Below, in pieces: positions 38,738-49,675 of a stretch of 64,000 bases of DNA. The position numbers were made by a program, and so were the translations under genes. The stretch's first letter is position 1, and the number at the start of each line of letters is the position of its first letter. The DNA is from an uncultured Methylomirabilota bacterium (GTDB taxonomy: Bacteria; Methylomirabilota; Methylomirabilia; Methylomirabilales; 2-02-FULL-66-22), in assembly GCA_963845565.1 (NCBI GenBank), contig CAWJSJ010000001.1, forward strand, positions 832,001-896,000, in the 5' to 3' direction. The notes below the pieces were generated by a model. The model did no database searches. It was not told where the DNA came from and saw nothing but the letters and a program-made list of their open reading frames with translations.

Positions 38738-39193
38738 TCAATCGAGGTATCGGTCATCCGCGGAAAGAACTTGAGGAGTTTCTTCGCGCGGTGTGCTATC
38801 CAGATTGGCCGGCCCAAGCCTTTCCATCTGGTCAATGTTTCTCGATGGTTGGATCGCCCCATCCTCCTCGCGTCGTCGGGAACCGGCTTCCGCCGCCTGG
38901 CGCAACGCCTGATCACGCAGCACCATCTGGGCCAGGCCGATGCCTCCGGCCCGCGCCATGCTCCGGCCGATCTCCTGGTCGAACATGTCCCGGTAGGTCT
39001 GGGTATCCGTCCCCTCCTTGAACAGCCCCCCACTCCCCACTGTTGATCGCATCGCCTTCATGAGCAATCCGAGGAACACTCCTTCCAGCTCTCGAGCCGT
39101 GTCCCGCAGCCGATCCGCCTCGGCGCCGGGTGTCGCGGCCTGAGATTTCGTCAGACGAGTCGCTTGAATGCCTAAAGGGAGTATCGGGTCCAC
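38738..39193 (-). CDS. flgJ: FlgJ rod-binding domain protein (no muramidase domain)
   Basis: LRDTARELEGVFLGLLMKAMRST, YRDMFDQE, GGIGLAQMV. Confidence 0.88.
   Translation of the reverse strand: MDPILPLGIQATRLTKSQAATPGAEADRLRDTARELEGVFLGLLMKAMRSTVGSGGLFKEGTDTQTYRDMFDQEIGRSMARAGGIGLAQMVLRDQALRQAAEAGSRRREEDGAIQPSRNIDQMERLGPANLDSTPREETPQVLSADDRYLD
38747..38774 (-). promoter_or_regulatory. Putative internal sigma28 promoter for flgM-flgN-flgK-flgL-fliW-csrA
   Basis: Minus strand TCAAGTTC...ACCGATAC (TCAA-N16-ACCGATAC) inside the 3' end of flgJ. Confidence 0.55.
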
Positions 39194-39241
39194 TTGCTGT
39201 CCTCTTTACCTCGATCTCAACGCGCCACTGACCCAACCGCC

Positions 39242-40399
39242 CTAGATGATCTCCAGATCGGCCTGCAGGGCCCCGGCCTGCTTGATGGCCTGCAGGATGG
39301 AAATGAGATCTCGTGACGTGACACCCAAGACGTTCAGCGCTTGCACCAGATCCCCGATGCTGGCACCTTCCGGAATGACCGACAGGTTCCTTCTGTCCTC
39401 CTGGATGGCGACATCTCGCTGCGGCACGACGGCGGTCCTCCCGCGCGCAAACGGCGCGGGCTGGGAGACCTGGTAATCCGTCTTGATCTGCACACTCAGG
39501 TTCCCGTGGGCGATAGCAACCGTGGAAATGCGCACCTCGCTGCCCATGATGATCGTCCCGGTGCGCTCGTTGACGACCACCTTGGCCACGCGATCCGGCG
39601 TCACGCGCAGGTGCTCCAGCGTCGAGATGAGCCCCACGAGATCCTGGTCGGCCTGCACGACCACCCGGACCGTGGCCGCATCCTCCGCGCGGGCGCGGCC
39701 GACCCCCAACGAGCGGTTCACCGCCTCCGCAAGGCGACCTGCCGTGGTGAAGTCCGGGTTGTTCAGCAAGATGGCCAGCGTCTGGTTCTCCACCACGGTG
39801 GTCGGGACCTCGCGCTCGATGATGGCGCCGTTCGGGACGCGGCCCACCGTGGTGTGATTCTTTTGTACCTTGTCCCCGCCGCCCCCCGAGTCCACCCGGA
39901 ACCCACCAAGCGAGACGGGCCCCTGCGCGACGGCGTACACCTTGCCGTCCGCCGCTTGGAGAGGCGTGAGCAGCAGCAACCCCCCCTGGAGCGTGCTCGA
40001 GTCGCCGAGCGACGAGACGATGACGTCCAGCGTGGTCCCTGCCTTGGCAAACGGGGGGAGTTTGGCCGTCACCACGACCGCTGCGACGTTCTTCGCCGAG
40101 ATCCGGTCCCGCGGCACCGAAATCCCCAACCGTTGCAGCATGCTGGCAATGGACTGGGCGGTAAAGAGCGTCCCCGCCTTATCTCCGGTGCCGTTCAGAC
40201 CGATGACCAGCCCGTACCCGAGCAGTTCGTTCTCCCGAACGCCCTGGATCCGGGCGACGTCTTTCACCCGGACCTCGGACGCCTCGCCGCACACAGGGAC
40301 AAGGAAACAGAGCGCACCGATCAGGAACGCCGAGAGGCACACGAGTCGGATGGAGTAGTCGTCGACTGTCGGTCGCCGGTTCTTCATGGTTCCCATCAC
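39242..40399 (-). CDS. flgI: Flagellar P-ring protein FlgI
   Basis: RVKDVARIQGVRENELLGYGLVIGLNGTGD, KVVVNERTGT, ILQAIKQAGAL. Confidence 0.97.
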   Translation of the reverse strand: MMGTMKNRRPTVDDYSIRLVCLSAFLIGALCFLVPVCGEASEVRVKDVARIQGVRENELLGYGLVIGLNGTGDKAGTLFTAQSIASMLQRLGISVPRDRISAKNVAAVVVTAKLPPFAKAGTTLDVIVSSLGDSSTLQGGLLLLTPLQAADGKVYAVAQGPVSLGGFRVDSGGGGDKVQKNHTTVGRVPNGAIIEREVPTTVVENQTLAILLNNPDFTTAGRLAEAVNRSLGVGRARAEDAATVRVVVQADQDLVGLISTLEHLRVTPDRVAKVVVNERTGTIIMGSEVRISTVAIAHGNLSVQIKTDYQVSQPAPFARGRTAVVPQRDVAIQEDRRNLSVIPEGASIGDLVQALNVLGVTSRDLISILQAIKQAGALQADLEII

Positions 40400-40413
40400 G
40401 CGTCCCCCGGTCC

Positions 40414-41004
40414 TTAGAAGATCCGGAAGATGTCGAAGAGACGCTGCAGAATCCCTGGCCGTTGCTTTTCCGCCAGGACGCCCTTCCCGAGGACCGTCAC
40501 CTCGGCGTCCGCAATCTGCGTGGACTGAACCGTATTGTCCGGTCCGATATCCTCGGGCCGGACCACGCCACTGAACGCCAGGGTCTGCGTCTCGTCGTTC
40601 ACCACGATCGCCCGGCGCCCCTCCACGACCAGCAAGCCGTTCTCCAACACCTTCACCACCCGCGCGGGGACCTGCGCCGTCACGCCGTCCTGGCGGGTGA
40701 TGTTTCCGTTGGCCTTCTGCTCGTTGTTGCCGGTAAAGTCGAATTGCCCCCTGCTGGGGGTGCTCCCGAACAGGTTCGCCAGATTGAACTTATTGAACGA
40801 CTCCTTCTTGAGGTTCGTCTCGGCCGTACGATTACTCGACGAGGACTCCGAAACGATGACCGTCACCAGATCGCCGAGCCGGGTGGCGCGCATATCGGTG
40901 AACAACACCCCGCGTGGCCCGTCGCGCCATAGCGAGTCGGCATTCGCGGCGGTCGCGACGACCAGCCAGCATAAACCGGTGAGGACCATCCACATCCATC
41001 GCAT
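40414..41004 (-). CDS. flgH: Flagellar L-ring protein FlgH
   Basis: Signal peptide, SLW, GDLVTVIVSE, SGVVRPEDI..NTVQSTQIADA. Confidence 0.93.
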   Translation of the reverse strand: MRWMWMVLTGLCWLVVATAANADSLWRDGPRGVLFTDMRATRLGDLVTVIVSESSSSNRTAETNLKKESFNKFNLANLFGSTPSRGQFDFTGNNEQKANGNITRQDGVTAQVPARVVKVLENGLLVVEGRRAIVVNDETQTLAFSGVVRPEDIGPDNTVQSTQIADAEVTVLGKGVLAEKQRPGILQRLFDIFRIF

Positions 41005-41065
41005 CGATACCCCTCTCTCGTTCGCGATCGCGCGCATGGCGCCTGAACTCCTAACCTCGCTCGTC

Positions 41066-42115
41066 TTAGAAGGGAACCCGGACCGATCGTTCGGCGTCCA
41101 CCTGTCCGTACACCTCGCGATTCGAGTGGAGGTTCCGGACCCGGATGACCTGCCCCGCTTTTCCATCTTCCTTGGCCTCTCCCTGGGTCACCGCGCGGAG
41201 TCCACGCCCCTCCGTCGTGAGCAGGACGATGTCCCCGCGGTGGACCAGCGGAGGCTGGTCCACCAGCGACATCTGGATCGGCTCTCCGACCGCGATCCCC
41301 CGCACCGCTCGCAGGCCGACGACCGCGTCCACCACCCGCGCCGGGTCTTGGCCTGCTGTGAGTTCTCGCCGCTCCACCCGGAGGTCCTCCGGGTCCAGCC
41401 GCGCACCCCGAGTGATCGGGCGGGCCGCCACCACCACCTCGCTCTGCAGGCCGACGCGCACAGGGACGCTGAGCGACCGCGCCAGCGTCCCATCCACCCA
41501 CGCTTCGACCGTAACCGAGACGGAGCCGAGGATTTCCGCGCCGCCCCGCGTTCGCACCCTGAGCTCTACCTGTCCGGCGGGCACGACGAGCGTGGGGGGC
41601 GCCGCCCCCGTCGGCTGGATCGAGAGACGCGTCGCGTCTTCAGATCGCGCCGCCAAGAGATGTTCCCGAACCGCCGCCACCAAGTCCGCACCGCTGACCT
41701 GTTGGCTGGCGGTCGTCACGGAGATCACGGACGGTGCATCCAGGGCGAGCGTCCCGAGGTCCACATTGGCGAGCCGCAGTCGGGCCTTCAGATAGGCCAC
41801 ATCCAACGTCCGCGTCAGCCCCGGCAGCGGAGCGCGCCCCACCTCGATGGCCCGCAGTCTGTCCACCTGACCGCCATCCCGCCCGTGAATATCCGCGATG
41901 TCGCCCAACCGGATTTCCGGCCCACGCACCATGGACTCGACTCGCAGGCTGACCGTCATGGACGGGTCTCCCGCCATCCGATCAGATCGCGCGGCCCGGT
42001 CCGTCGCGCCCCTCGCCGCCACCGCGGCGACAAACAGGATGATCCCGATCACCAGTGCGGCGATCCCGATCCCGCGGCGTGCCCCGCCGTTTCTCGTCCG
42101 GTGTCTGTTTCTCAC
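41066..42115 (-). CDS. flgA: P-ring assembly chaperone FlgA (long form)
   Basis: IRLGDIA N-domain, VVVAARPITRG, LVHRGDIV, GQVIRVRN. Confidence 0.92.
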   Translation of the reverse strand: MRNRHRTRNGGARRGIGIAALVIGIILFVAAVAARGATDRAARSDRMAGDPSMTVSLRVESMVRGPEIRLGDIADIHGRDGGQVDRLRAIEVGRAPLPGLTRTLDVAYLKARLRLANVDLGTLALDAPSVISVTTASQQVSGADLVAAVREHLLAARSEDATRLSIQPTGAAPPTLVVPAGQVELRVRTRGGAEILGSVSVTVEAWVDGTLARSLSVPVRVGLQSEVVVAARPITRGARLDPEDLRVERRELTAGQDPARVVDAVVGLRAVRGIAVGEPIQMSLVDQPPLVHRGDIVLLTTEGRGLRAVTQGEAKEDGKAGQVIRVRNLHSNREVYGQVDAERSVRVPF

Positions 42116-42170
42116 GCTGTGTCATCCTGGCCAGATCGCCGCGCGTCCCGCGACGGGTGGCAACCCCCGT

Positions 42171-42959
42171 CTACCGTTTGAGATTGTTCGTGAGCTGCAG
42201 CATGTCGTCCGCCGATTGCACCGCTTTCGAACCCGCCTCATACGCGCGTTGTCCAACGATGAGGTTGACCATTTCCTCCACCACCTTGACGTTCGACATT
42301 TCCACAAAACCTTGCGACAAGGTCCCGAAACCCTGGCTTCCTGGCGCCCCAGCGATCGCCGTGCCGGACGCGGTGGTCGGCAGGAAGAGATTGCGACCGA
42401 TGGCGTTCAGCCCCGCGGGGTTCGCGAACCGCGCCAGCTCGATGTTGCCGACCTGCTGGGGCGCGTTGTTTCCGGCGAGTGTGACGCTGACGGCGCCGTC
42501 CGTTCCGATGGACACATTGATCGCCTGGGTCGGGATCGAGATCTCGGGCTGGAGCGCGTACCCGTCCGGGTTGACCATCCGCCCGTTGGCGTCCTTCCGA
42601 AACGACCCCGCCCGGGTGTACGCGGTCGTCCCATCCCCCCGCAGCACCTGGAAGAACCCATCCCCCTCGATCACCAGATCCAGCGGGTTGTCGGTCTGCT
42701 GGAAGTCACCCTGGGAGAAGATCCGTTGCGTCGAGGCCGGGCGCACGCCGGAGCCGACCTGAATCCCGGTGGGCGCTTCAGCGCCCTGGGCGGTTGGCGC
42801 CCCCGGCATCCGGGGTGTCTGGTACAGCAGGTCCTGGAAGTCCACCCGGCTCTTCTTGAAACCGCTGGTGTTGACGTTGGCCAAATTGTTCGACGTCGTA
42901 TCGATGTTGAGCTGCTGGGCGGTCATGCCGGTCGCTGCCGTGAACAATGCCCTGATCAT
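42171..42959 (-). CDS. flgG: Distal rod protein FlgG
   Basis: [37 protein letters not shown]. Confidence 0.97.
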   Translation of the reverse strand: MIRALFTAATGMTAQQLNIDTTSNNLANVNTSGFKKSRVDFQDLLYQTPRMPGAPTAQGAEAPTGIQVGSGVRPASTQRIFSQGDFQQTDNPLDLVIEGDGFFQVLRGDGTTAYTRAGSFRKDANGRMVNPDGYALQPEISIPTQAINVSIGTDGAVSVTLAGNNAPQQVGNIELARFANPAGLNAIGRNLFLPTTASGTAIAGAPGSQGFGTLSQGFVEMSNVKVVEEMVNLIVGQRAYEAGSKAVQSADDMLQLTNNLKR

Positions 42960-42970
42960 CGCTTCACTCC

Positions 42971-43687
42971 TTACACGCGCCCGAGTTCGTTGGCCGCCTG
43001 CCCGACGGTCTGGTCGAGGGATTGGATCGTCTTCTGGTACGCCTCGTAGGTCCGCATCGTGGCCAGCATCTCCACCATGCTCATGACGACGCTCACATTC
43101 GACCCTTCCAATTGTCCCTGCACGACCGTCGCCTCGGGCAAATCCGGCGGCGGCTGGGCGCCGTCCACCACCGCGAAGAGCGTGCCCCCCGCTTTCATCA
43201 AGCCGTCCAGGGAGTCCCCGCCGACGAACCGGAGCGAGCCGCCTTCCGACAGCCGCCCGTTGGAATCCACCCGAAACCCGCTATCCGGGACTTGCACCGG
43301 ACCCTCGGCCCCGAGCACCCGAAACCCCTCGGGCGTCGCCAGGAAGCCTTCGGCATTGCGCACGAAGTTTCCCGCCCGGGTGTATCGCTCCCCCTGGGGC
43401 GTCTCGACGACGAAGAGTCCCGGGCCGACGATGGCGAGATCGAGCGGGTTGCCGGTGGTCTTCAAGACCCCGGGCGCCAGATTCAATCCGGGCCGCCCAA
43501 CCTCCACGGTGCTCATGGGCGCCAAAGGGGTACTCATGAGATTCGCCGGAATTGCCGATTGATCGATTGTGACCAGATCGGCCTTGAAGCCCGGTGTGTC
43601 CACGTTGGCCAGGTTGTTGGCCAGGATGTCCATGCGGGTTTGGTGCGCGACCATGCCCGATGCGGATGTATACACCCCCTGAATCAT
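42971..43687 (-). CDS. flgF: Rod protein FlgF
   Basis: [47 protein letters not shown]. Confidence 0.92.
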   Translation of the reverse strand: MIQGVYTSASGMVAHQTRMDILANNLANVDTPGFKADLVTIDQSAIPANLMSTPLAPMSTVEVGRPGLNLAPGVLKTTGNPLDLAIVGPGLFVVETPQGERYTRAGNFVRNAEGFLATPEGFRVLGAEGPVQVPDSGFRVDSNGRLSEGGSLRFVGGDSLDGLMKAGGTLFAVVDGAQPPPDLPEATVVQGQLEGSNVSVVMSMVEMLATMRTYEAYQKTIQSLDQTVGQAANELGRV

Positions 43688-43726
43688 GGATCCCCCTTTT
43701 GCGGAAACTCGTTACTCGCCTCCGTA

Positions 43727-43741
43727 GCAACCCCAGTGCCA
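43727..43741 (-). promoter_or_regulatory. Sigma54 promoter for flgFGAHIJ
   Basis: Minus strand TGGCAC-TGGGG-TTGC(T), a perfect consensus match, 40 bp upstream of flgF. Confidence 0.85.
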
Positions 43742-43938
43742 TGTCGCGAGCCACTCGTTCCCTGACGTAAAAACAAGAGGATCCAGAACCAGAGGGTCGG
43801 GATTTCCCCTCCGAAGGCAGGCGAAGGCGGCAACGTTTGCCGCCATCGGCAATCGTTCGCGCCATCCCGGCTCCCGAACAACGAGATGCGGTCTTTCCTC
43901 AAGGCGGGGAAAGGGATGCTGGAACAGGATGGCAGTGG

Positions 43939-46900
43939 TTAGGAGTGCACCGCCGCCACGTTCATGATGAAGGCGCTCAACGCCGGTGTCAACCGGGCGG
44001 TCTCCTCGTCCAGCGCCTGGAGCGCGGTGGCCGCTCCGTCGAGGTCACCCGCACGGCCGAGTTCCTCCAGACGGCGCGCTGCGGCACAGGCGTTCCGAGC
44101 CTCGAAGATGCCTAGTGAACCTTTGAGCTTGTGCGCGGCCCGTTCCAGCGCCACCGCGTCGTGTTTGCTCAAGGCGGCGTGCACGTTCCCAAGCAAACCC
44201 GGCAACTCTGACAGGAGCAGGCCGCTTGTCTCCCGCAAGAGCTCCTCGTCCCCCCCCACGCGCGCCAGGGCAGCCGCCTGATCCCACGGGTCGTCGGGCA
44301 CCGGCTGCGGCGGGGCGGCCGGCGGAACTCCTGTGCTGGAGGTATCCTCGAGACCGTCGAGGCTCTCGAGCGTTTCGAAAAGTCTAGCCGCATCAATCGG
44401 CTTCGACAGATACCCATCCATCCCGGCGGCCAGACACCGCTCCTGATCCCCTTTCATGGCGTGCGCGGTCATCGCGATGATTGGCACATGGAGCCCAGTT
44501 TGTTCTTCCAGCTTCCGGAGCGCCGCCGTCGCCTCGAAACCGTTCATTTCCGGCATCTGGACATCCATGAGGACCAGGTCGATTCCGCCGGGTCCGGCGG
44601 CCTGGAACAGCGCGAGCGCCTTCCCTCCGTCCCCGGCCACAGTGACCGAATGCCCCCACTTCTCCAACATCCGGACAGCCAGCGTCTGGTTGACCGGGTT
44701 GTCCTCCGCTAAAAGGATACGGAGACGTCGGCCTGGATCGTGCAGCCGGGGGCGCGTGATCAAGGACGACGCCGGATCCCGGCCGGAGAGTCCCAGAGCA
44801 CGCATGATCGCATCGAACAGGTCGGACTGCGTGATCGGCTTCATCAAGTGCTCGCGGATTCCGGCCGCGCGGGACCTCGCACCGGCGCCGTGCAGGTCCC
44901 CGGAGGAGAGCATTATAAGCGTCGCCCCGGCGAGGCGTTCCTGCGAGTGAATTCGCTCCGATAAAGTGTACCCGTCCATCCCGGGCATCTGGGCGTCGAG
45001 CAGGACCACGCGGAATGGTTCTCCGGCGCACACGGCCTCGTCGAGCGCAGCCAACGCGGCCTCCCCGTCCTCCACCACCGTGGGGTGCATCCGCCAATTC
45101 GTGAGCGTGTCCTGCAGGATCCGACGGTTGGTTGCGTTATCGTCCACCACCAGGATGCGAAGGCCGCGGACGGCACCCTCTTGACTCTCTGACCGGCGCG
45201 GCGCTTGGTTGGGCTGAACGCCGAAACGGGCTGTAAAGTGGAACGTGCTTCCCTTCCCGATGGCGCTTTCGACCCAGATCTTCCCTCCCATCAACTCCAC
45301 CAGTCGCGCCGCGATCGTCAGGCCCAATCCGGTGCCGCCGTAACGGCGCGTGGTGGAGCTGTCCGCCTGGGTGAAGGAATCGAAGATCCGGCTTTGCTTG
45401 TCCGACGCGATCCCGATCCCGGTATCTGACACTGCGAAATGCAACCAGACCGCTTGCGATTCGTCGGCAGCCCGCTCCACATGCACGACCACTTCGCCCT
45501 CGTCCGTGAACTTGACCGCGTTGCCGACCAGGTTCACCAGGATCTGCCGCACCCGTCCGGGGTCGCCCACCAATCCGTCGGGCACATCCGGGAGCAGATT
45601 GCAGGCCAATTCCAGCCCCTTCTGCGATGCCCGCACCGCCAGCGCCCTCAGGAGATGGCCGAGCATCTCGTTGAGCGAGAAGCCGATGTTCTCCAGCTCC
45701 AGCCGGCCGGCTTCGATCTTCGAGAAGTCGAGGATGTCATTGATCACCCCCAGCAGCGAGTCGGCGGACACCCTGACGGTCTCCAGGTAGTCCCGCTGCT
45801 CGCGGGTCAGTTCCGTCTCCAGGGCCAGCTCGGTCATGCCGATGATCCCATTCATCGGCGTCCTGATCTCGTGGCTCATGTTGGCCAGGAATTCGCCCTT
45901 GGCCCGGGTCCCCGCCTCCGCGGCATCTCGTGCCCGCGCCATGGCGGCATACAGCGAGGCATTCCGCAGCGCGACCGCGGCTTGAGCGACGAAGCTGTCC
46001 AGGAGGTTCTGATCGTCGGCGTCGAGGCAGAACGGCTGCCGCGCGTTCAACGTCAGGACGCCCAGCAGCGTGCCGTTCAGCATCACGGGGACACCCAGGA
46101 AGCTGCTGAGCCGGTGGCGTCTGGCCCAGTCGTGGCCCACGAACCGCGGATCACCAAACCGATCGGGGCAATGAAAGATCTCACGGCGCAACGCGACCCA
46201 GCCCGACGCCCCCTCACCGTATCCCATGGTGGTGGTCGGGAAATCGGCCATCGTCTCGTCGGAGAACGCACAGAGTTCCAGCGTCCGGGTCTCTTCATCG
46301 GCCCGCCAGAACGAGACGAACGGCGCGTTCATCAGTTGCGCCATCGCCGCGGTAATCTCGCGGAGCACGGCATCGGTCTCCAGGGAGGCGGAGATCAGCT
46401 GAGTGAGCTGTGTCATCGCTTGCAGCCGCTGTAAACGCCCTGCCAATCGCTCGCGCAACCGGGCGTTCTCGATGGCGATGGCCGCTTGGTCGGCAAATGA
46501 TGCCAGATATGCCATCTCAGCCGCCGTATACCGGTGAGACACGGTCATGTTGAAGGTCAGAACCCCCAGAACATCATCCCCACGCTTGATCGGCAGGCCG
46601 AGATACGTGACGATACCGAGTTCCCGATCCCGTTCCGCAAACACGCTCCGGGGATCCGTTGGCGCGTCCGCCATGAACAGCGGTTCGCCCGTCTGGGCGA
46701 CGATCCCGGACGGGCCGACGCCAACCGGGAGGGTATAGTCCTTGGGCATCGCGGAACCCTGGAGCGCGCCGACGCGGAGCAGACCCGCAGCCCGATCCAG
46801 GAGAAGCACCTTGACATGCGGCGCACCGCTGATCCTGGCCGCCTCCGTGACCAGGCGGTTGAGAATGACCTGAAGATCCTGTTCCGCCATGAGCGCGTCC

Positions 46901-48204
46901 GTTGCGCGCAAGAGCGCCCCCAGCTGCTCACCGCGCGCCATCGCGGCGGCGTGCAGGCGGGCGTTCTCGATCGCCACGGCAGCCTGGGTGGCAAAAAGCT
47001 GGAGCAGACCCTGTTCCTCGGCGGTGAAACGTTGCACCCCTTCCTCGTGGTCCACTACGATCACCCCGAGAAGCCGGTCGCGATACAGCAATGGCTCCGC
47101 CAGGACGGCTGTGGTCGAGGTCCCCGCGAGAAAGGCGGGAAGCGCCTGCGGCCAATTCCGGTAATCGTTCACCAACAAGCCGACCCGTGTCGCGGCCACC
47201 GTGCCCACCACGCCTTCCCCCGAATGCACCCGCACATCCGCGATCCAGTCGCCATGGCCGTGCCATGCGCGGGGCCGCAGCGTGCCGTCGTCTTCATCCA
47301 CCAGATACACCGCGCTCGAGCGTCCCCGCAGCAGCTCCGCCGCGCGCTGCGCGAGCATTGTCAGGACGGTGGGTAGGTCCAGTTCACGCGTGATCTCCTG
47401 GCCCACCGCGTGCACGGCCTCCGTCCGTTGTTTCTCGCTCCGGAGCGCCGTCTCGGCGATCGCTCGCCGCCGCTCCGTCCGCCTGATCCGCCCATTCACC
47501 AGCAAGAACACGCCCAGGCCGGCCACCCACAACCCTGCGTGACCGAGCCATACTTGTCGCCACTGGGTGCGCTCCATGGCGCGGAACGGCGCCATGTCCA
47601 CCGACACGCTCATTCCACCCCGCACGTCGCCCACCCGGTACCCTTGCTCGCCGTGACAGCCGAGACAATCCTGTTCCACCATCACGGGCCGCATCAGACG
47701 AAACCGCTCTGTTCCCCCGAGATCCTCGACCATATCACGCTCGCGCTCCCCTCGTTCGAACCCGTGGAGCACTGTCGCTTCCCACAGATCCGGCGCATTC
47801 TCCGCCCGGAGCGGTTTGAGGCTGGTCAAATGCCTTCGCATCCCGGCGTTGCGCTCCGCGAGTTCATGGACCTGTCGGGTCATGTAGGCCGGGTTCACCA
47901 GCGTCAACGCAACCCCGGACGGCGTGGAGGTGTCCCGCTCACGATGGCCGATGAGGTATGGGTTCGGCGGCGTCGCGTCGCCCGCGCGGACGTACACCCC
48001 TCCCCGCTCGGCGCTCCAACGTCGGAAGTGGAGGTCGCGGTCGTATCCGGCGCGCGCCTGCATCCGTGCCAGGTCGAGGGTCTGTGACCTAACCTGGGCG
48101 AGGTTCCACACCAGCGACCCAGCCAGCGCCGCGGTCCACGCGATGGCGAGGATCACGACAGCATTCTTCGCCATCTGATGCCCTTCCCAATGCGAGTCCG
48201 CCAT
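43939..48204 (-). CDS. Membrane hybrid histidine kinase: periplasmic CxxCH (DUF3365-like) domain-3xGAF-HisKA-HATPase-REC-REC-Hpt
   Basis: TM1, [39 protein letters not shown]2; three GAFs; [15 protein letters not shown]; two RECs; Hpt AAHKLKGS. Confidence 0.92.
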   Translation of the reverse strand: MADSHWEGHQMAKNAVVILAIAWTAALAGSLVWNLAQVRSQTLDLARMQARAGYDRDLHFRRWSAERGGVYVRAGDATPPNPYLIGHRERDTSTPSGVALTLVNPAYMTRQVHELAERNAGMRRHLTSLKPLRAENAPDLWEATVLHGFERGERERDMVEDLGGTERFRLMRPVMVEQDCLGCHGEQGYRVGDVRGGMSVSVDMAPFRAMERTQWRQVWLGHAGLWVAGLGVFLLVNGRIRRTERRRAIAETALRSEKQRTEAVHAVGQEITRELDLPTVLTMLAQRAAELLRGRSSAVYLVDEDDGTLRPRAWHGHGDWIADVRVHSGEGVVGTVAATRVGLLVNDYRNWPQALPAFLAGTSTTAVLAEPLLYRDRLLGVIVVDHEEGVQRFTAEEQGLLQLFATQAAVAIENARLHAAAMARGEQLGALLRATDALMAEQDLQVILNRLVTEAARISGAPHVKVLLLDRAAGLLRVGALQGSAMPKDYTLPVGVGPSGIVAQTGEPLFMADAPTDPRSVFAERDRELGIVTYLGLPIKRGDDVLGVLTFNMTVSHRYTAAEMAYLASFADQAAIAIENARLRERLAGRLQRLQAMTQLTQLISASLETDAVLREITAAMAQLMNAPFVSFWRADEETRTLELCAFSDETMADFPTTTMGYGEGASGWVALRREIFHCPDRFGDPRFVGHDWARRHRLSSFLGVPVMLNGTLLGVLTLNARQPFCLDADDQNLLDSFVAQAAVALRNASLYAAMARARDAAEAGTRAKGEFLANMSHEIRTPMNGIIGMTELALETELTREQRDYLETVRVSADSLLGVINDILDFSKIEAGRLELENIGFSLNEMLGHLLRALAVRASQKGLELACNLLPDVPDGLVGDPGRVRQILVNLVGNAVKFTDEGEVVVHVERAADESQAVWLHFAVSDTGIGIASDKQSRIFDSFTQADSSTTRRYGGTGLGLTIAARLVELMGGKIWVESAIGKGSTFHFTARFGVQPNQAPRRSESQEGAVRGLRILVVDDNATNRRILQDTLTNWRMHPTVVEDGEAALAALDEAVCAGEPFRVVLLDAQMPGMDGYTLSERIHSQERLAGATLIMLSSGDLHGAGARSRAAGIREHLMKPITQSDLFDAIMRALGLSGRDPASSLITRPRLHDPGRRLRILLAEDNPVNQTLAVRMLEKWGHSVTVAGDGGKALALFQAAGPGGIDLVLMDVQMPEMNGFEATAALRKLEEQTGLHVPIIAMTAHAMKGDQERCLAAGMDGYLSKPIDAARLFETLESLDGLEDTSSTGVPPAAPPQPVPDDPWDQAAALARVGGDEELLRETSGLLLSELPGLLGNVHAALSKHDAVALERAAHKLKGSLGIFEARNACAAARRLEELGRAGDLDGAATALQALDEETARLTPALSAFIMNVAAVHS

Positions 48205-48210
48205 GGCGCG

Positions 48211-48915
48211 TCACGCTCCCGTCAAGACGCCGGAGGCCGGCCCGGTGGCGGCCCCCTGGCTGAGGTCCAGCATGTTCCGTGTGCCGACGTACGTCGTCAC
48301 CTGGGGGTCGTCCAACCCCATGATGGACTGCACCACCTGCGCGATCCGCTCGGTGTGGCGCTCGCAGCGATCCAGGAATTCCATGAACGCCGCGCCCTGC
48401 GGCCGCTGCGTCCGGGCAATCTGCAAAGAGGCAGAGAGCACCGTCAGCGGATTGTTGATCTCGTGACCCAGCGTGGCCGCCATCGTCAGCAGCGTTGCCT
48501 TGCGTTCGGCACTCGCTAACTCCCGCTGCAGGCCTTGAACGCGGAGTCCCGCTCGGACCCGCGCGAGCAGCTCCTCGTCGGCCCACGGCTTGACCAGGTA
48601 ATCGTCTGCGCCCTTGTCCAGACCCATCACTCGATCCGAAGCCTCATCTTTGCTGGTGAGCACGATCACGTAGCTCCGACGGAGGATGGGATCCGCTCGG
48701 AGCGCTCCGAGGAGCGCCGGACCGTCCATCTCCGGCATCATCCAATCCGTCAGGATGAGGTCCGGCGCACATTGCCGCGCGGCTTCAAGCCCTGCGCGAC
48801 CATCTTGTGCCGTTTCCACGGCATGGCCCGCGGCGCGAAGGCGCTTGGCCAATAACGCCCGCACGATGAGATCATCCTCGACGACCAAGAGCTGTGCGTG
48901 TGCCGGGACATCCAT
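48211..48915 (-). CDS. Response regulator fused to a DHp/H-box segment with no ATPase domain
   Basis: REC (VVEDD, LTDWMMP, YLVKP), then TLGHEINNPL, ending TTYVGTRNMLDL; no N/G boxes. Confidence 0.8.
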   Translation of the reverse strand: MDVPAHAQLLVVEDDLIVRALLAKRLRAAGHAVETAQDGRAGLEAARQCAPDLILTDWMMPEMDGPALLGALRADPILRRSYVIVLTSKDEASDRVMGLDKGADDYLVKPWADEELLARVRAGLRVQGLQRELASAERKATLLTMAATLGHEINNPLTVLSASLQIARTQRPQGAAFMEFLDRCERHTERIAQVVQSIMGLDDPQVTTYVGTRNMLDLSQGAATGPASGVLTGA

Positions 48916-48943
48916 GGCTGATCCTCTCGTCGTGCAGTCCGGT

Positions 48944-49630
48944 TCAACGCTGGGTGGTCTGGAACTCCCGCAAGAGCTGATCCACGAGACTCTGATCGCA
49001 CAGAGCCGCCTCGTCGCGAGTGCAGGTTTCGATGATCGGATCCGTAAGACCACCGTCCGTCGCCGCGTCCTCGATTCGGAACATGACCAACAGCCGAAGG
49101 AGCCGGGACTCGACCTCGGCGACCAGGCCGATGAGCTTTTGGATCTTTTGCGTCGTCAGATCCTGGAACTCCATGGCTGCCATGATATCCATGGCACGCC
49201 CCTGAGAGCGCCGCTGGATCTCCTTGGCTTCGTCCAGGCACCGTGCGATCTCCGCCACCCGGCCCCCTTTGGGGAGGAGGTACAGCATCTCTCCCACCCG
49301 GCTGAGGTGCTGCTCCACTTTCGTCTGCTCATCCACCAATTGCTCCGTCTGCTCCAAGACGCGGTTGGTGGCCTCCTCCGTCGTCTGGATGATCTCCGTC
49401 AGGTGTTTCGCCACTTTGGGGATCTCACGCTGGGAATCCTTGACGGTCGGGTCGAGGGTCTGCAGATTATGCAATGTCCGGTTGATGTAGGCCGCCAGTT
49501 CGCCGACGATCCCCCGCGCCTTGACATTGACGGTGCGGTGAAAGTTTCCCTCCGCCATGGCGCGGGCCGCGGAGAGGAGCTCGTGCAGTTCTCCCTGGAA
49601 GTCCTGATCCGTTACGGGTGTGTTCGCCAT
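48944..49630 (-). CDS. cheZ: CheZ-like phosphatase with an N-terminal HAMP-like segment
   Basis: TEEATNRVL, MEFQDLTTQKIQK (DxxxQ), C-terminal DQSLVDQLL. Confidence 0.85.
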   Translation of the reverse strand: MANTPVTDQDFQGELHELLSAARAMAEGNFHRTVNVKARGIVGELAAYINRTLHNLQTLDPTVKDSQREIPKVAKHLTEIIQTTEEATNRVLEQTEQLVDEQTKVEQHLSRVGEMLYLLPKGGRVAEIARCLDEAKEIQRRSQGRAMDIMAAMEFQDLTTQKIQKLIGLVAEVESRLLRLLVMFRIEDAATDGGLTDPIIETCTRDEAALCDQSLVDQLLREFQTTQR

Positions 49631-49675
49631 TCGACGTCCTCCCTATCGCCCTCGGCAGACAAATATCTGCGTGTG

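Noticed and set aside
38738..39193. FlgJ lacking a muramidase domain
   Set aside because: Single-domain FlgJ is widespread outside beta/gamma-proteobacteria.
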